Below are positions 1 through 13,269 of a stretch of 64,000 nt of DNA, one piece after another (the stretch's first letter is position 1; every line of letters begins with the position of its first letter). The stretch is taken from the NCBI RefSeq assembly GCF_009834535.1, contig NC_045696.1, positions 115,198,001 through 115,262,000 on the forward strand, given 5' to 3'. This DNA comes from Camelus ferus (lineage: Eukaryota). The notes under the pieces are model-generated. The model did not search any database and had not been told where the DNA came from. It saw only the letters and a list, made by a program, of their open reading frames with translations. Position numbers and translations under genes: made by a program.

Positions 1-240
1 TATTTAAAATACACACCAGTTTATGAAGACTTAGTACAGAAAAAAAAGTGTAAAATAGCTCTTTTTTTTTAGATTGCTCGTATGTTAAAATGCTCTTTTA
101 TGTACATTGAATTAAAGAAAACATTATTAAATTAATTTCACTTCTTTGTTTTTACTTTTTTCATGTGGCTGCTGGGCCCTTTAAAATCACGTATGTAACT
201 CACATCTGAGCTCCCATCACACTGCATCTAGCCAGGGTTG
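1..240. mobile_element. MER33-like hAT-Charlie DNA transposon remnant (cut by window edge)
   Basis: aaaatacacaccag...gaagacttagtac...attaatttcac...atgtggct resembles the recalled MER33 consensus. Confidence 0.7.
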
Positions 241-2547
241 CTCTATACACTGACAATTTGCATGCAGTTTTTCAGAGCACCTGCCAATCCTTAGTTTTTC
301 AATTACGTGGCTAGAAACCATACACAATTTCAAAGCGCTATATTTAATTCTCTTAATACCAGTGTATATAATCTGCACTGGCCAGAAATAATCAGAGCGA
401 CCTTAAAAGGCAAACACAATGATAATTTGGTATTAGTGAAGAGACTTGGAAATAAACGGCTACAAATTGAGTGCACGTTTCTGCACATTATAATATTTAC
501 AAGTACTAGATTGCTTGTCGTTTAACAAAATTGACTCTCTTGGTTTTCACTGTGTGTCTGTTTTCCTTTTTCTGTGTTATTTATCTTGAATTATTCTTAC
601 GTGGGTCCCAGGCAAGGCTAGAACATTTCAATCTGCCTTTCTTCCCCTTGTTTGTGCTGAAACCCAAGCTGGGCATCTCTGCCAGCCAAGGCGCCTGCCT
701 GCCAGCTTTCCCCATTGTTCTCTTTCCCCTTCCTTGATTGACCCATTCTCCCTGCTCTGATTGTCTCCGTTGAGGAATCATTGCCCCAGGAATTCCCCAG
801 TCTTGCTGCCACACGTGGCTTCCTGCTTTACTGGTCCCTGGGTCCCAGAACCTCAGGGTGGCTGATCACTTGTCCCTCTAGGACTTCATCCTCTGAATTA
901 AGAGGAGCAGATGTGTTGTTCCACGCAAGAAAGGTTTTCTAGAAATCTTGTGTCGTTAGTCGCTCGGTGATGCCAACTACTAATTTCATCACCCTAATGG
1001 GTTTCTACTTGATCTTTTTCTGAACCATGCTACTTGGAGCCCTTGAAATCTGGTTGGGGTGTTTGGTTTAAACGTCAGGTGAAGCAGGTCTTTGGAGCCG
1101 AAACTTCCTCTTGTTGGAGCAGAATTGCCTGTGCCAGCTCATCTGGTTTGTAAAGTTCATCACACACCAGGTTAGAGACATTCAGCTGGAAAAACTGAAG
1201 AGAGAGGCAGAAAATTAGAAAATCAGACGCTGAAAGTCTGTCACTTCTGCTGTCTTTTATGAACTGCTAGGCTGGATCATACTGCGTTTGTTTCTTTCTG
1301 TTAAGCTTAAATATTTTGGAAGTGTGCTTAGCTTTCAAGGATAGGTTGAATTCTTGTTACCAAGGCAAATGTTGTTTCCAAATAGCCAGTAGCCACAGAA
1401 TCTTCAGGGATGCTCCTCTTAGCATTTCTTGAATATTAAAATAAAAGAAATGTGTTTTTTTTAAACGCCCAACAAGAAGGAAACTAATCTCTCTCTTGCT
1501 AAGACAAAATGGGAAGGTAATTGAGAAAATAAGTTTAATGCCTTTTTATTTTGCAGTATTTTTTTTTTAGCATTAATAGGATATGTTCCTTCCATCACGT
1601 ACAAATTAAAAAAACTATTGCCAGTACCCACTGGATTCTTTATGAAGCTTTTAGACCTCATCAGTTTCCTTGCTAACTGGCAATGTACCTGCTCTAAAGC
1701 ATTAGATTAAAAAATTAGAAAGTTCCAAATTGCCGTGCTAGTTTGCTGAACTAGCAGAATGTGTCCCTGTCATTTACTTCCTAAGCTGCACTCCCCCTTC
1801 TTTTAAAATGAAGACATCCGTTTGAACAAAATTAATCATTAATTTTTTTTTCCAAGTCGGCTGTTGAAAAATGTGACATTCTTAAGTCGGTAAGATGTTC
1901 AGAATAAAAATAGGAAATTCTTTGGAAATCCATTTGCAACCTAGCTTTGCTCTGATTAATAACCCTTGCAAATGTGTGCTTATTATACCATAAACATGAC
2001 CTTTATAGGAACATTAGAAAACTCAAACTATGGATATGCCATGTCAGAAACTTTTTAAATGTCACAAAATGTAATGCTTTTACATTAATATGATTTTATA
2101 ATACTTAACTGTTGAGGGTATTTTTGAACTTTTTATGAATTCAGGGCTTATTAAAGATTCTTTTTAAAGGGGCTCTGTCATTGAAATCATTGGGGTTGGC
2201 TCGAATTAGATGCTAAAGAATGCAAAGCTCCTTGGAAAGAAGTAACTTTTAACTATTTTTAGGTCTAGTGTGGCTAAGCTTGCTGAACATATATACTATT
2301 TCTCACCTTGTTTTCTTTGATCCCCTGACCAGAAGAGGAGAGTGAGCCTTTGGAGAATGTTTTCCTTCAAAGAGAGATGCTCCCTAAACACAGGACTTTG
2401 GGGAGCATGCATGGGGCCAAGGGGCAGTGGGTAGGTCAGAGCATGTATGGGGGTGGTGGGAGTTAATGTTGTCTGGCAGTGGTGGATATAAAACCTGTTC
2501 AGCTGGGGGAGATTTAGGTCTAAGGTGGGCCACATGCCGCATGCAGT

Positions 2548-3122
2548 GGTAGATTTCTATTACTGTGTAATTTACCAGAAACTCAGGGGCTTAAAATATG
2601 CATTTATTTCATTAGCTCACATTTATTAGTTCACAGTTCCATTGATACGAACTCCAACACTGGTGTGGTTGTGTTCTCTGCTTCAGGGCAGCATAAGGCT
2701 GAAATCAAGATATTGGCTGGACTGAGTTCTCAGCTGGAGACTCCCGGGTGGGGAAAAATCTGTTTTCAAGCTCATTCTTGTTGGCAGAGTTCAGTACCTG
2801 TGGTTGTAGGACTGGGGTCTCTATTTGCTTGTCACTGTCAGCTGGCAGTTACCCTTAGCTCCTTAACACTTAGCTTCTAACAGCACGCTGAATCCTTTTG
2901 GTGCTTCTGTGGCCAGCGGGAGAACGTTCTTTGCTTTTAAAGTGCGCGTATGATTAGCTCAAGCCCATCTCAACAACCTCCCAATTTTGAGGTCATACCA
3001 TGTAGCATAACCTCACAACAGGAGTAAGGTCCACTGAATTCACAGTCTTTGGGGATTATGTGCGGTGTGTACACGGAAATGCGAAAAATCTTAGGGACCA
3101 TCTTAGAATTCTGCCCAACACA
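2548..3122 (-). mobile_element. MaLR solo LTR (MLT1E/F-like)
   Basis: ggcttaaaa...catttatt...cacagttc, aaggctgaaatcaag, terminal catcttagaattctgcccaacaca. Confidence 0.75.
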
Positions 3123-3177
3123 CAGACACACACCCCCTCTCCTGGACCTTGGGCTTCTCATTCCTGTTCTCTGGCCT

Positions 3178-3361
3178 CAGGGTTCTCCATGTGTGGTCCC
3201 CAGACCAATGGCATCTGCATCAAGGCAGTTAGTAAGACATGCAAATGAGCAGTCTTATTCAAGACTCAATCAGAGACTCCAGGTGGGGGTAGACCTCAAC
3301 AGTCTGTGTTTTAACAAGTCTTCCGGGTATGTCTGAGGCTCACTGAAGTTTGAGAACCAGC
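3178..3361. mobile_element. MER5A-like hAT MITE
   Basis: cagggttctccatgtgtggtcccc...tgttttaacaag...aagtttgagaacca termini. Confidence 0.75.
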
Positions 3362-3369
3362 CCTTTAGA

Positions 3370-3590
3370 CCAGGTTCAGCAAAGAGCTGGTGCCAGACGG
3401 CTAACTCTGACTTGATGACTGTTTTAATAAATAAAGTTTTATTGGTACATACTTACACCCCACTGTTCTCATATGACCGAGGGCCACCGTCACACGACGG
3501 TGGTGGAATTGCAGGACAGACCCCGTGGCTCACCGAACCTAAAATATTTATTACTTGGCCCTTTCCTAAAACAAAGTTTGCCTACCTCTA
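3370..3590. mobile_element. MER58-like hAT MITE
   Basis: ataaagttttattgg...cctaaaatatttatta...ggccctt...aagtttgcc motifs. Confidence 0.7.
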
Positions 3591-3829
3591 CTGAGGAAGT
3601 AGATTACTTGATTGTTCAAGACGCATCCAGTTCTAACCTGTTCTGATTTTGCACATCTTCCCATATGAGTTCACAAAACTGCATGAGATTTAGAGGCTCG
3701 TTCTCCCAAAAAGGATTAACCCTTGACAGTCATTCCTAGTAGAGGTCCATTGAAAGTGTGTCATCTCCTCCAGACGTGATTGCAAGGAAAATAACTCTTT
3801 TTTCCTTCCTCTGCACTTTGAGCCCAGAG

Positions 3830-4090
3830 TCTGCTTTTTATGTTTTAAGTGAAAATGGAGAACATCTGTTCACCTTCCTTCCTATATTACTTTTCAAATA
3901 GTCAAAGGCTATTAAGTCACACTGAGTCTCTTCCCTTTGGCAAGTATCACCAATATCTTAGTTTCTCTCCATTCCTACCCTCTTGCTATTTGCCTACCTT
4001 TTAATCATGTCTGTTTCTCTACTTTGGATATTTACTAGGCTGTGTACATCTTTTGGAAGTTATTAGGCTCTGAGCATACTTAGCCACTCT
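3830..4090 (-). mobile_element. Possible ancient CR1/L3 remnant
   Basis: Weak similarity (gtctcttccc...tttaatcatgtctgtttctct...tacatcttttggaagt) to antisense CR1 ORF2. Confidence 0.35.
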
Positions 4091-5681
4091 TTCTGGCTTC
4101 TATTAAAACAAAGCAACAAATAAACAAACCCTCCAATAGTCTGGGTTTCAGCTCTTTGTTGTGGTAAGAGTTCTATATCCTTGTGGACCTTCTGACCTTA
4201 GTTTTGCCTGAAGGTCATTCAGTGTGGTCTGTGTCCCTCACTTTTTATGCCTTTGTCTCCAGAATCAGTCCAACAGTCGGACTTCCTGCAGGTGACTCTT
4301 TCTGAGACTTGACGCAATGATGTCAAACCTTTGGCTTCACAGAGGTTTTCACTGGCATCTGATATTTTTATTTGGCCAACTGATTGGTTCACCATACTCC
4401 AGGTACTCAACCCTAATTTTACAGTCCTTTTTGCATTTCTGTTTTGGAAAATTAATCCATCATCAGGAAACTTCTGCTTTCTCTTTCTTTCCTTCAATCA
4501 CGTTAAGTTTCATCCTGAGTCTTGACATGCTCTGATTTGTGACAATGATCATATACATGACTGTTTTTTGTTTGGTTGCTTTGTTTCAGCTTTTCTTTTG
4601 TCGTTCTTAGGCTGGATTCTTCCAGAAAACATGTTTTTGTGTGTGCGTTCCAAATGTATGTGGAGTGTTGTTCTGTCCCCTTTGGTGTTTCTTCTACCCA
4701 CTTTATCTGTGAGGTTCATTTATGCTCTTCGTATTACTGATTTCTTTGAGGAGCAGCCAGTTTTCCTAAGCTTGCCCCTTGAGGTCTGCCCTGTTATTTC
4801 CTTCAGCAGATTAAAGCCTGCTTATTTGAAATATCTCATTACTGAAATAATCACTTTTAATTTACCAATTGTGCTGCCTTTACTTTTCCAGAAACATAAT
4901 GAATAACATAATTTGCTGCATGCCAATCAAATGTGTATCCCACGTGCCAAAAATGTAGGATGTTACTCACAGAGAATATTCACATAGGCTTTCTGAACGT
5001 GTGATTTATTTAAAATAAAAATAACAGGTTTTGTGAGAGGATTTACCTTACCAATTCTTCCATGTTATCAGGGAAGAACTCCAGATATTATGTAACAGTA
5101 TCATACTCTGAAATGGGATGGAAGCATCTGAGTTCTCTGCAAACAGTTCTACGATGCTCCTCGCTATAAATGGAATTTATCAATAACAGTTGAGATCCCA
5201 CCCAGACCAGCTAAATGAAAATGTGGCCAAGTGCAATTAAAAATGGAAGACACAGTTTAAAACAAAAATAGAAATTATCCAAAGCATCTACCTGGCTTTG
5301 TGGCAGAGGCCATTGAAGAAAGCTGTGTATACAACATGGTGGTCTGTGGGGAAGAGGGAACGTAAGGTTATGATCTGGTGTAAGGATAGAGAAGAAAGGA
5401 TACTTTTGTGTAGAACTGTGTAGTGCTCATGATTTGGCAAAAGGTATCTGCAAAAAAGAGGCAATTAAAATTTTGGCTAGACTAATTAAATTCTTCAGCT
5501 GCAGTCAAGACTGCCATAAACAATTATTATCAAGTTGTCTCCAGTGTCAATATGCCATCTAAAACTTTGTCCGCCTGGAATAGTTGGAGAAAATGGAGCA
5601 AATGGACAAGAGAGCCACTCAGAAAATTGAGTGGCCTTGGTTCCAGTCAATGTGAATACCAGAACATGTCACATTTTGACC

Positions 5682-5683
5682 AA

Positions 5684-5734
<51 letters not shown>
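5682..5734. repeat. (A)n(TA)n microsatellite
   Basis: Read directly. Confidence 0.95.
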
Positions 5735-5737
<3 letters not shown>

Positions 5738-6829
5738 TATCAAATCTGATACCATTAATTAAACACCACATGTGTCTTTTTACGAAAGGACGTGGGATTC
5801 AAAGTATATGAAAATATGGAGGAAAGACCAAATTGAGGCCAGCCAATGTTCGACCAGAAGCTCATTTGCTTTTGTTAATATTTGCTAATATTAGCAAATT
5901 GCATTCGTTTTTCCTTAATGGTTCAGAAAAAGATTTCATTTCGTTAAACAAGAGAAAACTATTATTGCAAAGGGGATGCTAAAGAGACTAGGCGTGGAAA
6001 AAAAAATGTTTTTCTTATTCCCTCATGGTTATTTTTGCTTTTATGTTTATCAGGATCATATTTACTTTTATTGAAACTTACCCAGTCCATTCAAGAGAGT
6101 GGGTAACCAATGAATGTTTGACGACTGTTTGCGAGTGAGAATGAATGAGCTAAGAAGTAAATTGAAGGGAAAGGGAAGTGAGAGGCAGTAAAAGAGAAGA
6201 GGTTCATGAGCAGGTGAGAGATTGAGAACAACTAAAAAGGGAGGAATGTGAGCTAGTGTCTGTCCATTTTCCCACTGACCAAAAAGAATGTTAAATGTTT
6301 CCATCCCACATACTGAGCCAGCTATTACGGTTTGAGTAGCCACTGTGCTTTAGACACTGAGAATCTCTGTTCCGTACAATACTGTGTTGGATAATACCAT
6401 ACCCTTGATTGGCTACTTTCCAATTTGAAAAACAGAAATACTTCCGTAAGTTACCACGAGATGTTTTACGAGTGGTTAGTCCCATATAGGATATCTTTAG
6501 GAGACGGTTACTGTGTTGTTTATAGGCAGTTTCAGCAACAGTTCTGTCTAGGTCAGGTGAGTCATCTGCATATCTCATTTGCATATGATCACTTCCCGAG
6601 GTGATTCCCCCCTCCCACCTCCCGCCATCCTTCCTTATTGTTTTTCTTTCTCTTTTGAATATTGTTTCCTTTCCCTACCACCACAGGGCTCATACAGTGA
6701 GAAGAGGCAACAATGAATATTTTATGTTCTTAATAGGAATCAACCAAATCGTGTTGATGAAATTAAATATTGTTTGCCATTTCCGCTTATCCTCTTTGGA
6801 TCAGCTTTCAAAGAAACAATGTCTTATTT

Positions 6830-6965
6830 ACCCATTCATTTATTCATTCATTCACTCAAGAATACTTGAATGCCTGTAGTTTTCACAGCACTTTGTTAGG
6901 CGTCATGGAAAAAAAATAAGATAATACAGACATGGATGTTCCCCTTCAAAAATTTTTCAGCCAGA
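6830..6965 (-). mobile_element. L2 3' end fragment
   Basis: cattcatttattcattcattcactcaagaatacttgaatgcct...ggcgtcatgga. Confidence 0.6.
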
Positions 6966-7129
6966 ATGGAGTAACTTTACTATGAAACAAAACATATGAC
7001 CCATGAGAGATATGATTAGTGATTTAAATAATAATAACTTTAATAAAATCAAATTTAATAAAACATTGTATATCAATTTATTTCCTATCACTTTAATAAA
7101 ATAACAATAAAAAAGGCAATAAGAAAGTT

Positions 7130-7310
7130 ATTATAATTTAGTATATACTCTGTTAAATATTTCTCTATGTAATCCTTATAGAAATCCTGTGATTTAGGTG
7201 CTATTTTCCTGAATTTATAGAAGAAGAAACTAAAAAGCTGTTAAGTTCCTTAGGACATGAAAACATTGGAATCTGAACTCAGATTTCTGATGGCAAAGCT
7301 GGTTTTCATA
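7130..7310 (-). mobile_element. MIR SINE remnant
   Basis: aatccttatagaaatcctgtga...gaagaaact...gaatctgaactcagatttctga. Confidence 0.55.
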
Positions 7311-9619
7311 ACCAGTTAAAACATTCTGTGGAAGTTTGCAAAAGAGAAAATTGATTATGGTGATAAATGGACAGTCGGAGCAGGGCAGGGAGACGTTGCA
7401 TTGCAGGTAAACCTTGAAGGACAGGGAGGAGTTAAAGAAATGACACAGATTTTAAAAATTAAAAGTATTTTCCTTATCTTAGGTGTATGAGGCTGCTTCT
7501 AAATAGTATGAATAGGCAAGGAAAGGCCATGATGACATTGATGACATGGAGATGGATAGTGATCCCTTGGAAGGCATAAGGACTTTCGAAAACGGTATGC
7601 AGGACAGATCAGAATCGTTCAGGAACATACAAGGCCAATTTCAGGAGAGTCGCTTCTTACAGAATTCCTCTCCTGTCTCAGCAGGCTTTCCCACTCAAAG
7701 CAATTTGACTCATTCTGTTTTGTTCTTCCTTTGGGGTTAGTGTCCTTTCCAAAGCACAAAATAATCTTTTCAGTTTAAGGCAAACAAGCCCAGGAATTTG
7801 AAAGGACTGACTCTTATTCTTTGTGCCTGTGATCAGAGCCCCTTCTCAGGTTTCTTTTCAGGGCTGGTTTGTTTTCCACTGGACTTTTTGGGTTTACATG
7901 GGTCCAGTCAGTCCACGGGCTTCCACTCTCTAAGACAGATCAATGGGAAAGAATAGCCAAGAGGGAGCTGTGTATTTTCAAGATGTTCAATCACGTCCGA
8001 GTCATGAAGGGATCTCACAAAGCAGGTTCACTCTGTCAAAACTCACTGTTCAGAAAGCTAAGGAAGGGAAGTCTCCTGCTTCTCGAGGAGCAGGTGGAAA
8101 TCTCCAGTTATCCTACTAACCTGGGCAAGCTTTGGGGGAAAAGTCCTCTTACGAGACTTCATCCAGAAGAAGGCTGAACGCTTTGCTCAGTGGCTTGCTA
8201 TGAAGCAGCCATGAGGATTATTCCACTGTCCATCTCCCAGTGGTTACAAAGGATTTCCATACATCTTCCAATCTGATGGATGAGCATAAGAGTAGAGTTT
8301 AGGATGCCCGAATGTCACCATGTTTAGATCATTTTGAGTATATATGTTGGGGATAGCAAACGCTGGTTAACTGGATTAGATACTAGATACTGGTAGGTTG
8401 TGTTAGAAGGATTTTGAGGCCGACTAGAAATATGACTGATTGGTAACGTATGCCCTGAGTACTAGAAAGGAAAGCAGTGTCTTAGATTTCTACCTTTGGC
8501 TTATAGGGACAATGGATAGAATATGATTTTTTACAAAGAAAAATAATATTGAAATCAGTCAACCTGTGTTTGCATCCCAACTTTGAATTAGTGACTATAA
8601 AATACTTTATCTTATACAGCTTAAGTTTCAACTACTAAAAAAATTAAATATTAAGAGCTAATAGAATCACTATGAAAATTAAAATCATATATATATAAAG
8701 TGCTCAAAAATTATAGTGGTTATTATTATTAATAGTTATCATTATTATTTGAAATTAGAACTTTTAAGTAATTCAGTCTATATGATCCACTATATGCCAG
8801 TAGTGTACCGTTTAATTACTAGAATATTTCACTCTTATTTCTAAATTAAATTTTTCTCTTAGAAACTTATTTAGGCCTGTGCTATTCTGGACATCCAAAG
8901 ACTAAAGACTAATAAGAGAATGAAATTTGCCATCCAAGAAAAATTGGAGACAGTGTCTGTGATGTCCTACCGCAGCCAGTTCATTCTGGCTCACTCTGAG
9001 TTGAGTGAAATGGATGGGGATTCGTAGCACAAGCCAAGATGTGCACGTGCCTCGTGGCAGCTCAAGAACTGTATGTTTTAGGCAGCAGTTCACCGGAAGG
9101 TGAGAACTCGATCATGGCAGACTGAAAAGCCTGTGTTCTCTTATGTCCTTTGGCCTCTGATCATGAACATCTAGTTGGTGCCTGATATTCTCTAAGCTCA
9201 GAGCCCCTCCAGCAGGCCGTCTCAGATTTAACTTTCAATGCTAGCTATTTCTACTGACATGGCTTCCAGCAGTGGAAACTCCCATCATTTTAGATTCCCC
9301 TTCATTTTAGAGTCACTTTAATCCTTGTATTAACTGCAGTATTGTATAATGTCTTTTATTTGATCATAATATAGATGTCCCTTTTCATTATGTGTTATGT
9401 TCTGGGAATAACTCCATAACCTTGATATAAAGACTTTCTCCTCCCTGAGGCTGAATGCAATTTCTGGGTTTTTTCCCCTCCTGCATTTGTAAATCCTTTA
9501 TCTGCTTTCTTCCATCTACTTGAATGTGGAAATTTAAATCCTTTCCTCAGAGGTAATTTCCATGTTCATCAATTCCCCTTTCAAAACTGGTGGGGCTCAC
9601 AAATTGTAGCTATTTGAGA

Positions 9620-9855
9620 GGGAGAGGCACGTAATATAATCAAAGAATATGGGCTTCATAATCAGACATCACTGGTTTTTAATTCTTCTTCGCTTTTCCG
9701 CTTAACAAGGTAGTTTATCTTCAGTAAAATGATCTCATGAAGCCCCCATTTCTTCACCTGTAAAACGAAAGCAAGGATATCTTCACTGTTTACGTAAATA
9801 ATCTACATAAAGTCATCCAGCACAGAACATAGACTATAAGTACTCAAAATGACAG
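9620..9855 (+). mobile_element. MIR SINE remnant
   Basis: aagaatatgggctt...atcagac...tttcttcacctgtaaaacg core. Confidence 0.55.
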
Positions 9856-10640
9856 AACTTCTTATAAAACAAAAATGTGGTTATGTGTATCTTCTTGCTT
9901 GCAATCACTTACAAGCACTTGAAAACCAGTCATTTTCAGAATACCACCATTATGACAATTCCATTAGTAACTGATTTTACATCTTTTCCAAGGCCCAAAT
10001 GTTTCAGAATTAAAAGAAAATACAAAGTTAGGTTTGTTCTAAGCCAAACCTGCCAGAAGAAACAATCACATCGAGGCCGAGACTAAACAGAGCACATGTT
10101 AGCTCCACAGGGAATGTTCTTGAGGAAATTGAAATCAGAATTTCTTTTTGTTATTATAGAGTTTGTAACAACGTTCACCAATGCGATGAAAACCAGAGCT
10201 CAGAGTTCCTAAATCCTGGAAGTTAATGGATGCTAAAAATGGGATGTGCTAATAAGTACAGGACCCTTACAGAAAAATGCAATCTTCATTTTTCTTAATA
10301 CATTTTATTTGATGATAGAAATCTGACATAGTCTTTGCTTCCATGGTTATTTCTAAATGTCACCCAGTAGCTTATTCCAGTGGTATTTCCTAGAAATTTT
10401 GTGCCATGGCTATTATGGAAGAAAATTAAATTGAAATATGAAAAAAATCACAGTGAATCATTGAATAAAAGCATTCACAATAAGTGAGTGCTCTAGGAGA
10501 TAGTACAATTAAGTTCAGTACAATTAATTTTGACAGATATAAATTTAGTTTCTATTTTGCTCTTCTGGTCTATGTAGACAGAGTGAAAAGGACAGTGGAG
10601 CAAATAACAGGTTCATTCAAATAGAATAAAAATTTGACAT

Positions 10641-11335
10641 AAATTGGTGCAGCCACTATGGAGAACAGTACAGAGGTTCCTTAAAAAACTAAAAATAGAG
10701 TTACAATATGATCCAGCAGTCCCACTCCTGGGCATATATCTGGAAGGAATTCTAATTCAAAAATGCATATGCACGCCAATGTTCACGGCTGCACTATTTA
10801 CAACAGCCAAGATAGGGAAGTGACTTAAATATCCATTGGCAGATGCCTGGATGTAGAAGATGTGGTATATATATACACAATGGAATACTACTCAGCCATA
10901 AAAAAAGAATGAAATAATGCAATTTATAGTAACATGGTTGGACCTAGAGATTATCATATTAAGTGAAGTTAGTCAGACAATGACAAATATCATATGGTAT
11001 CACTTATATGTGGAATCTAAAAAGATGATACAAATGAACGTATTTACAAACCAGAAGTAGACTCCCAGACATAGAAAACAAACTTATGGTTACCAAAGGA
11101 GGAAAGGGGGGAGAGAGAAATTGAGTGTTTGGGATTAACATATATACATTAATATGTATTTAAAATAGATAAACAACAAGGACCTACTGTTTAGCACAGG
11201 GAACTATATTTAATTTCTTGTAATACCTATAATGGAAAAGAATCTGAAAAAGAATATGTATAAATATATGTGAATCATTATGCTGTACACCTGAAACTAA
11301 CACAACTTTTAAATCAAATATACTTCAATTTGAAG
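10641..11335 (+). mobile_element. 5'-truncated artiodactyl L1 (ORF2 C-terminus plus 3'UTR)
   Basis: aaattggtgcagccactatgg...tatgatccagca...ggaatactactcagccataaaaaa...gaatcattatgctgtacacctgaaactaacac. Confidence 0.9.
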
Positions 11336-11363
11336 AAATCTGATAGCTTTGGCTAAACACCTG

Positions 11364-11718
11364 TGTCTTAGTCTATTTGGGCTGCTATAACAGAATACTT
11401 AGAATTGACTAGATGGCTTGTGATCAACAGACATTTATTTCTCACAGTTCTGGAGGCTGGGAAGCCCAAGACCAAGGCACTGGCTGGTTTGGTATCTGGT
11501 GGGAGCCCACTTCCTGGTTCATATACGGCCACCTCTCCTAATGGAAAGAGCCAAGGATCTTTCTGGGGGCTCTTTAATAGGGCACTAGGTCCATTCTTGA
11601 GGACTCCACCCTCATGACCTAATCACCTCCCAAAGGCCCCATCTCTAAATACCAACACATTGGGGGTTAAATTTGGACATATTAATATGGAGGGGACGCA
11701 GACATTCAGTTTATAGCA
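11364..11718 (-). mobile_element. MaLR solo LTR (MLT1A-like)
   Basis: tgtcttagtctatttgggctgctataaca...tctcacagttctggaggctgggaag...atgacctaatcacctcccaaaggccc...cattcagtttatagca. Confidence 0.85.
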
Positions 11719-11808
11719 TTATGATATCTGATAGATTTAACATATGCATAATATACAATATATTGGATTGTAAGCCCTAGTAAAGGCAAGAAACATGAAA
11801 TTTTTCTT

Positions 11809-12008
11809 ACATATATATATATATATTTTTCAGATTCTTTTCCATTATAGGTCATTACAAGAAATTAAATATAGTTCCCTGGGCTAAACAATAGGTACTT
11901 GTTGTTTATTTATTTTATATATAGTAACGAGTATCTGTTAATCACAGAGTTATAATCTACCCCTTTTCCCCCCAGTAACCACAGTTTGTTTTCTATTTCC
12001 CTGAATCT
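11809..12008 (-). mobile_element. Short L1 3'UTR fragment lacking its terminal part and poly(A)
   Basis: ttcttttccattataggtcattacaag...atagttccct...taaccacagtttgttttcta, flanked by atgaaa(c)tttttctt at 11795-11808 and 12009-12023. Confidence 0.75.
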
Positions 12009-12179
12009 ATGAAACTTTTTCTTGAATAATTCAGTGCCTTACAAGTGAGTTACTCTGAGTATAATTGATTTGATTCACTTTGGCTTAGTTTAATTGAAAC
12101 CAACTTTTGTTTATAGATTTTTTTTTTCTCTATCACAGGTCATCAAAAAATTGGCAATCTCTGAATAAAATTTACATAT

Positions 12180-12370
12180 AAGAGCTTAAACTTTAGAAGT
12201 GGAATGTTTGGTTTTGAAACCTGTGTCTACAACTTATTGTGTGACCTTGAACAATTGTTTTAACGTCACCATTGCTCCATTTCCTTATTCATAAGGCTCT
12301 GAGAGGACAAAAGAGAGAAACTACATAGAAAACCCAGCACAGTGTCCAGTGTACAGAAGCTGAAATGTTG
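12180..12370 (+). mobile_element. MIR SINE remnant
   Basis: ggttttgaaacctgtgtctacaacttattgtgtgaccttgaacaa...cagcacagtgtcc. Confidence 0.5.
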
Positions 12371-13269
12371 CTGCTTTTATGCTTGTGGAGGAAGGAGAGT
12401 TGTTTACAAGATAGAATTTTCATAACTAAAAAGGGAACATGTTTAAGAAGCTTCTGTAGTGCCGGGGAAAAAAATGCTAATACAATTATAATACAGAAAG
12501 ATTAGATTTATGGTTGGTCCACTTATTTATTATTTTAAAGGAAAAAGCAACAATAGAAGTTTCATTGGATTAAAAATCTTTGATAAAATGTTCCTCACCC
12601 TTTTGCAGTGCACTTCAATAAACTCTGTCATTGTCCCCATCTCTAGGTCTCTAGTTCTCCAAGGAAGTTAGTTACTGGGTTTTGAAATGAATGCGATTGT
12701 TAATTTGGGCACAACAGAAGAAAGAGTGCAGTATCTCAGCCGGCTGTGATTCAGTTTTACTCAGTCCTCTGTTGGTTCATCCATTCATTCTTGGAAAAAG
12801 ACAAACACGTCAGGAAATAGGTACCAGGAACTCCCTAACACGTAAAAGTCAAGGAGGAATACAATAGACTTTCTCCTTAAGACCCAGCATCCTCAGGTGG
12901 GGAAGCAGACAGAGAAGCACGTAAACACAGCAATGTGTGAGCACATCAGGGTAGGGCGCCAAAGGGGCACGCTTTCTACACTGACATCTGTTAGACACTA
13001 CGTAGAGGACGTTGTCCATGAACTGTGTTCTGAACCAGGAATAGATGAGTGGTTACTTGCTCTAACTTGATGGAGGGTTAGAGAGTATGTGCAGTGGGAT
13101 GTAACTGAGATAAATACAAATTGCAATGCTTGAGAGGCTGTCATGGCTTGACATTTTCTAGACCTGAGTGCTGGTTGAAACCTGCCATTCCAAAAGTAGG
13201 TTATATTAAATCTTCTAGATGAATCAGTTCCTTTCTACACCTTTACAACATATTTACCACTGTCTAGAG

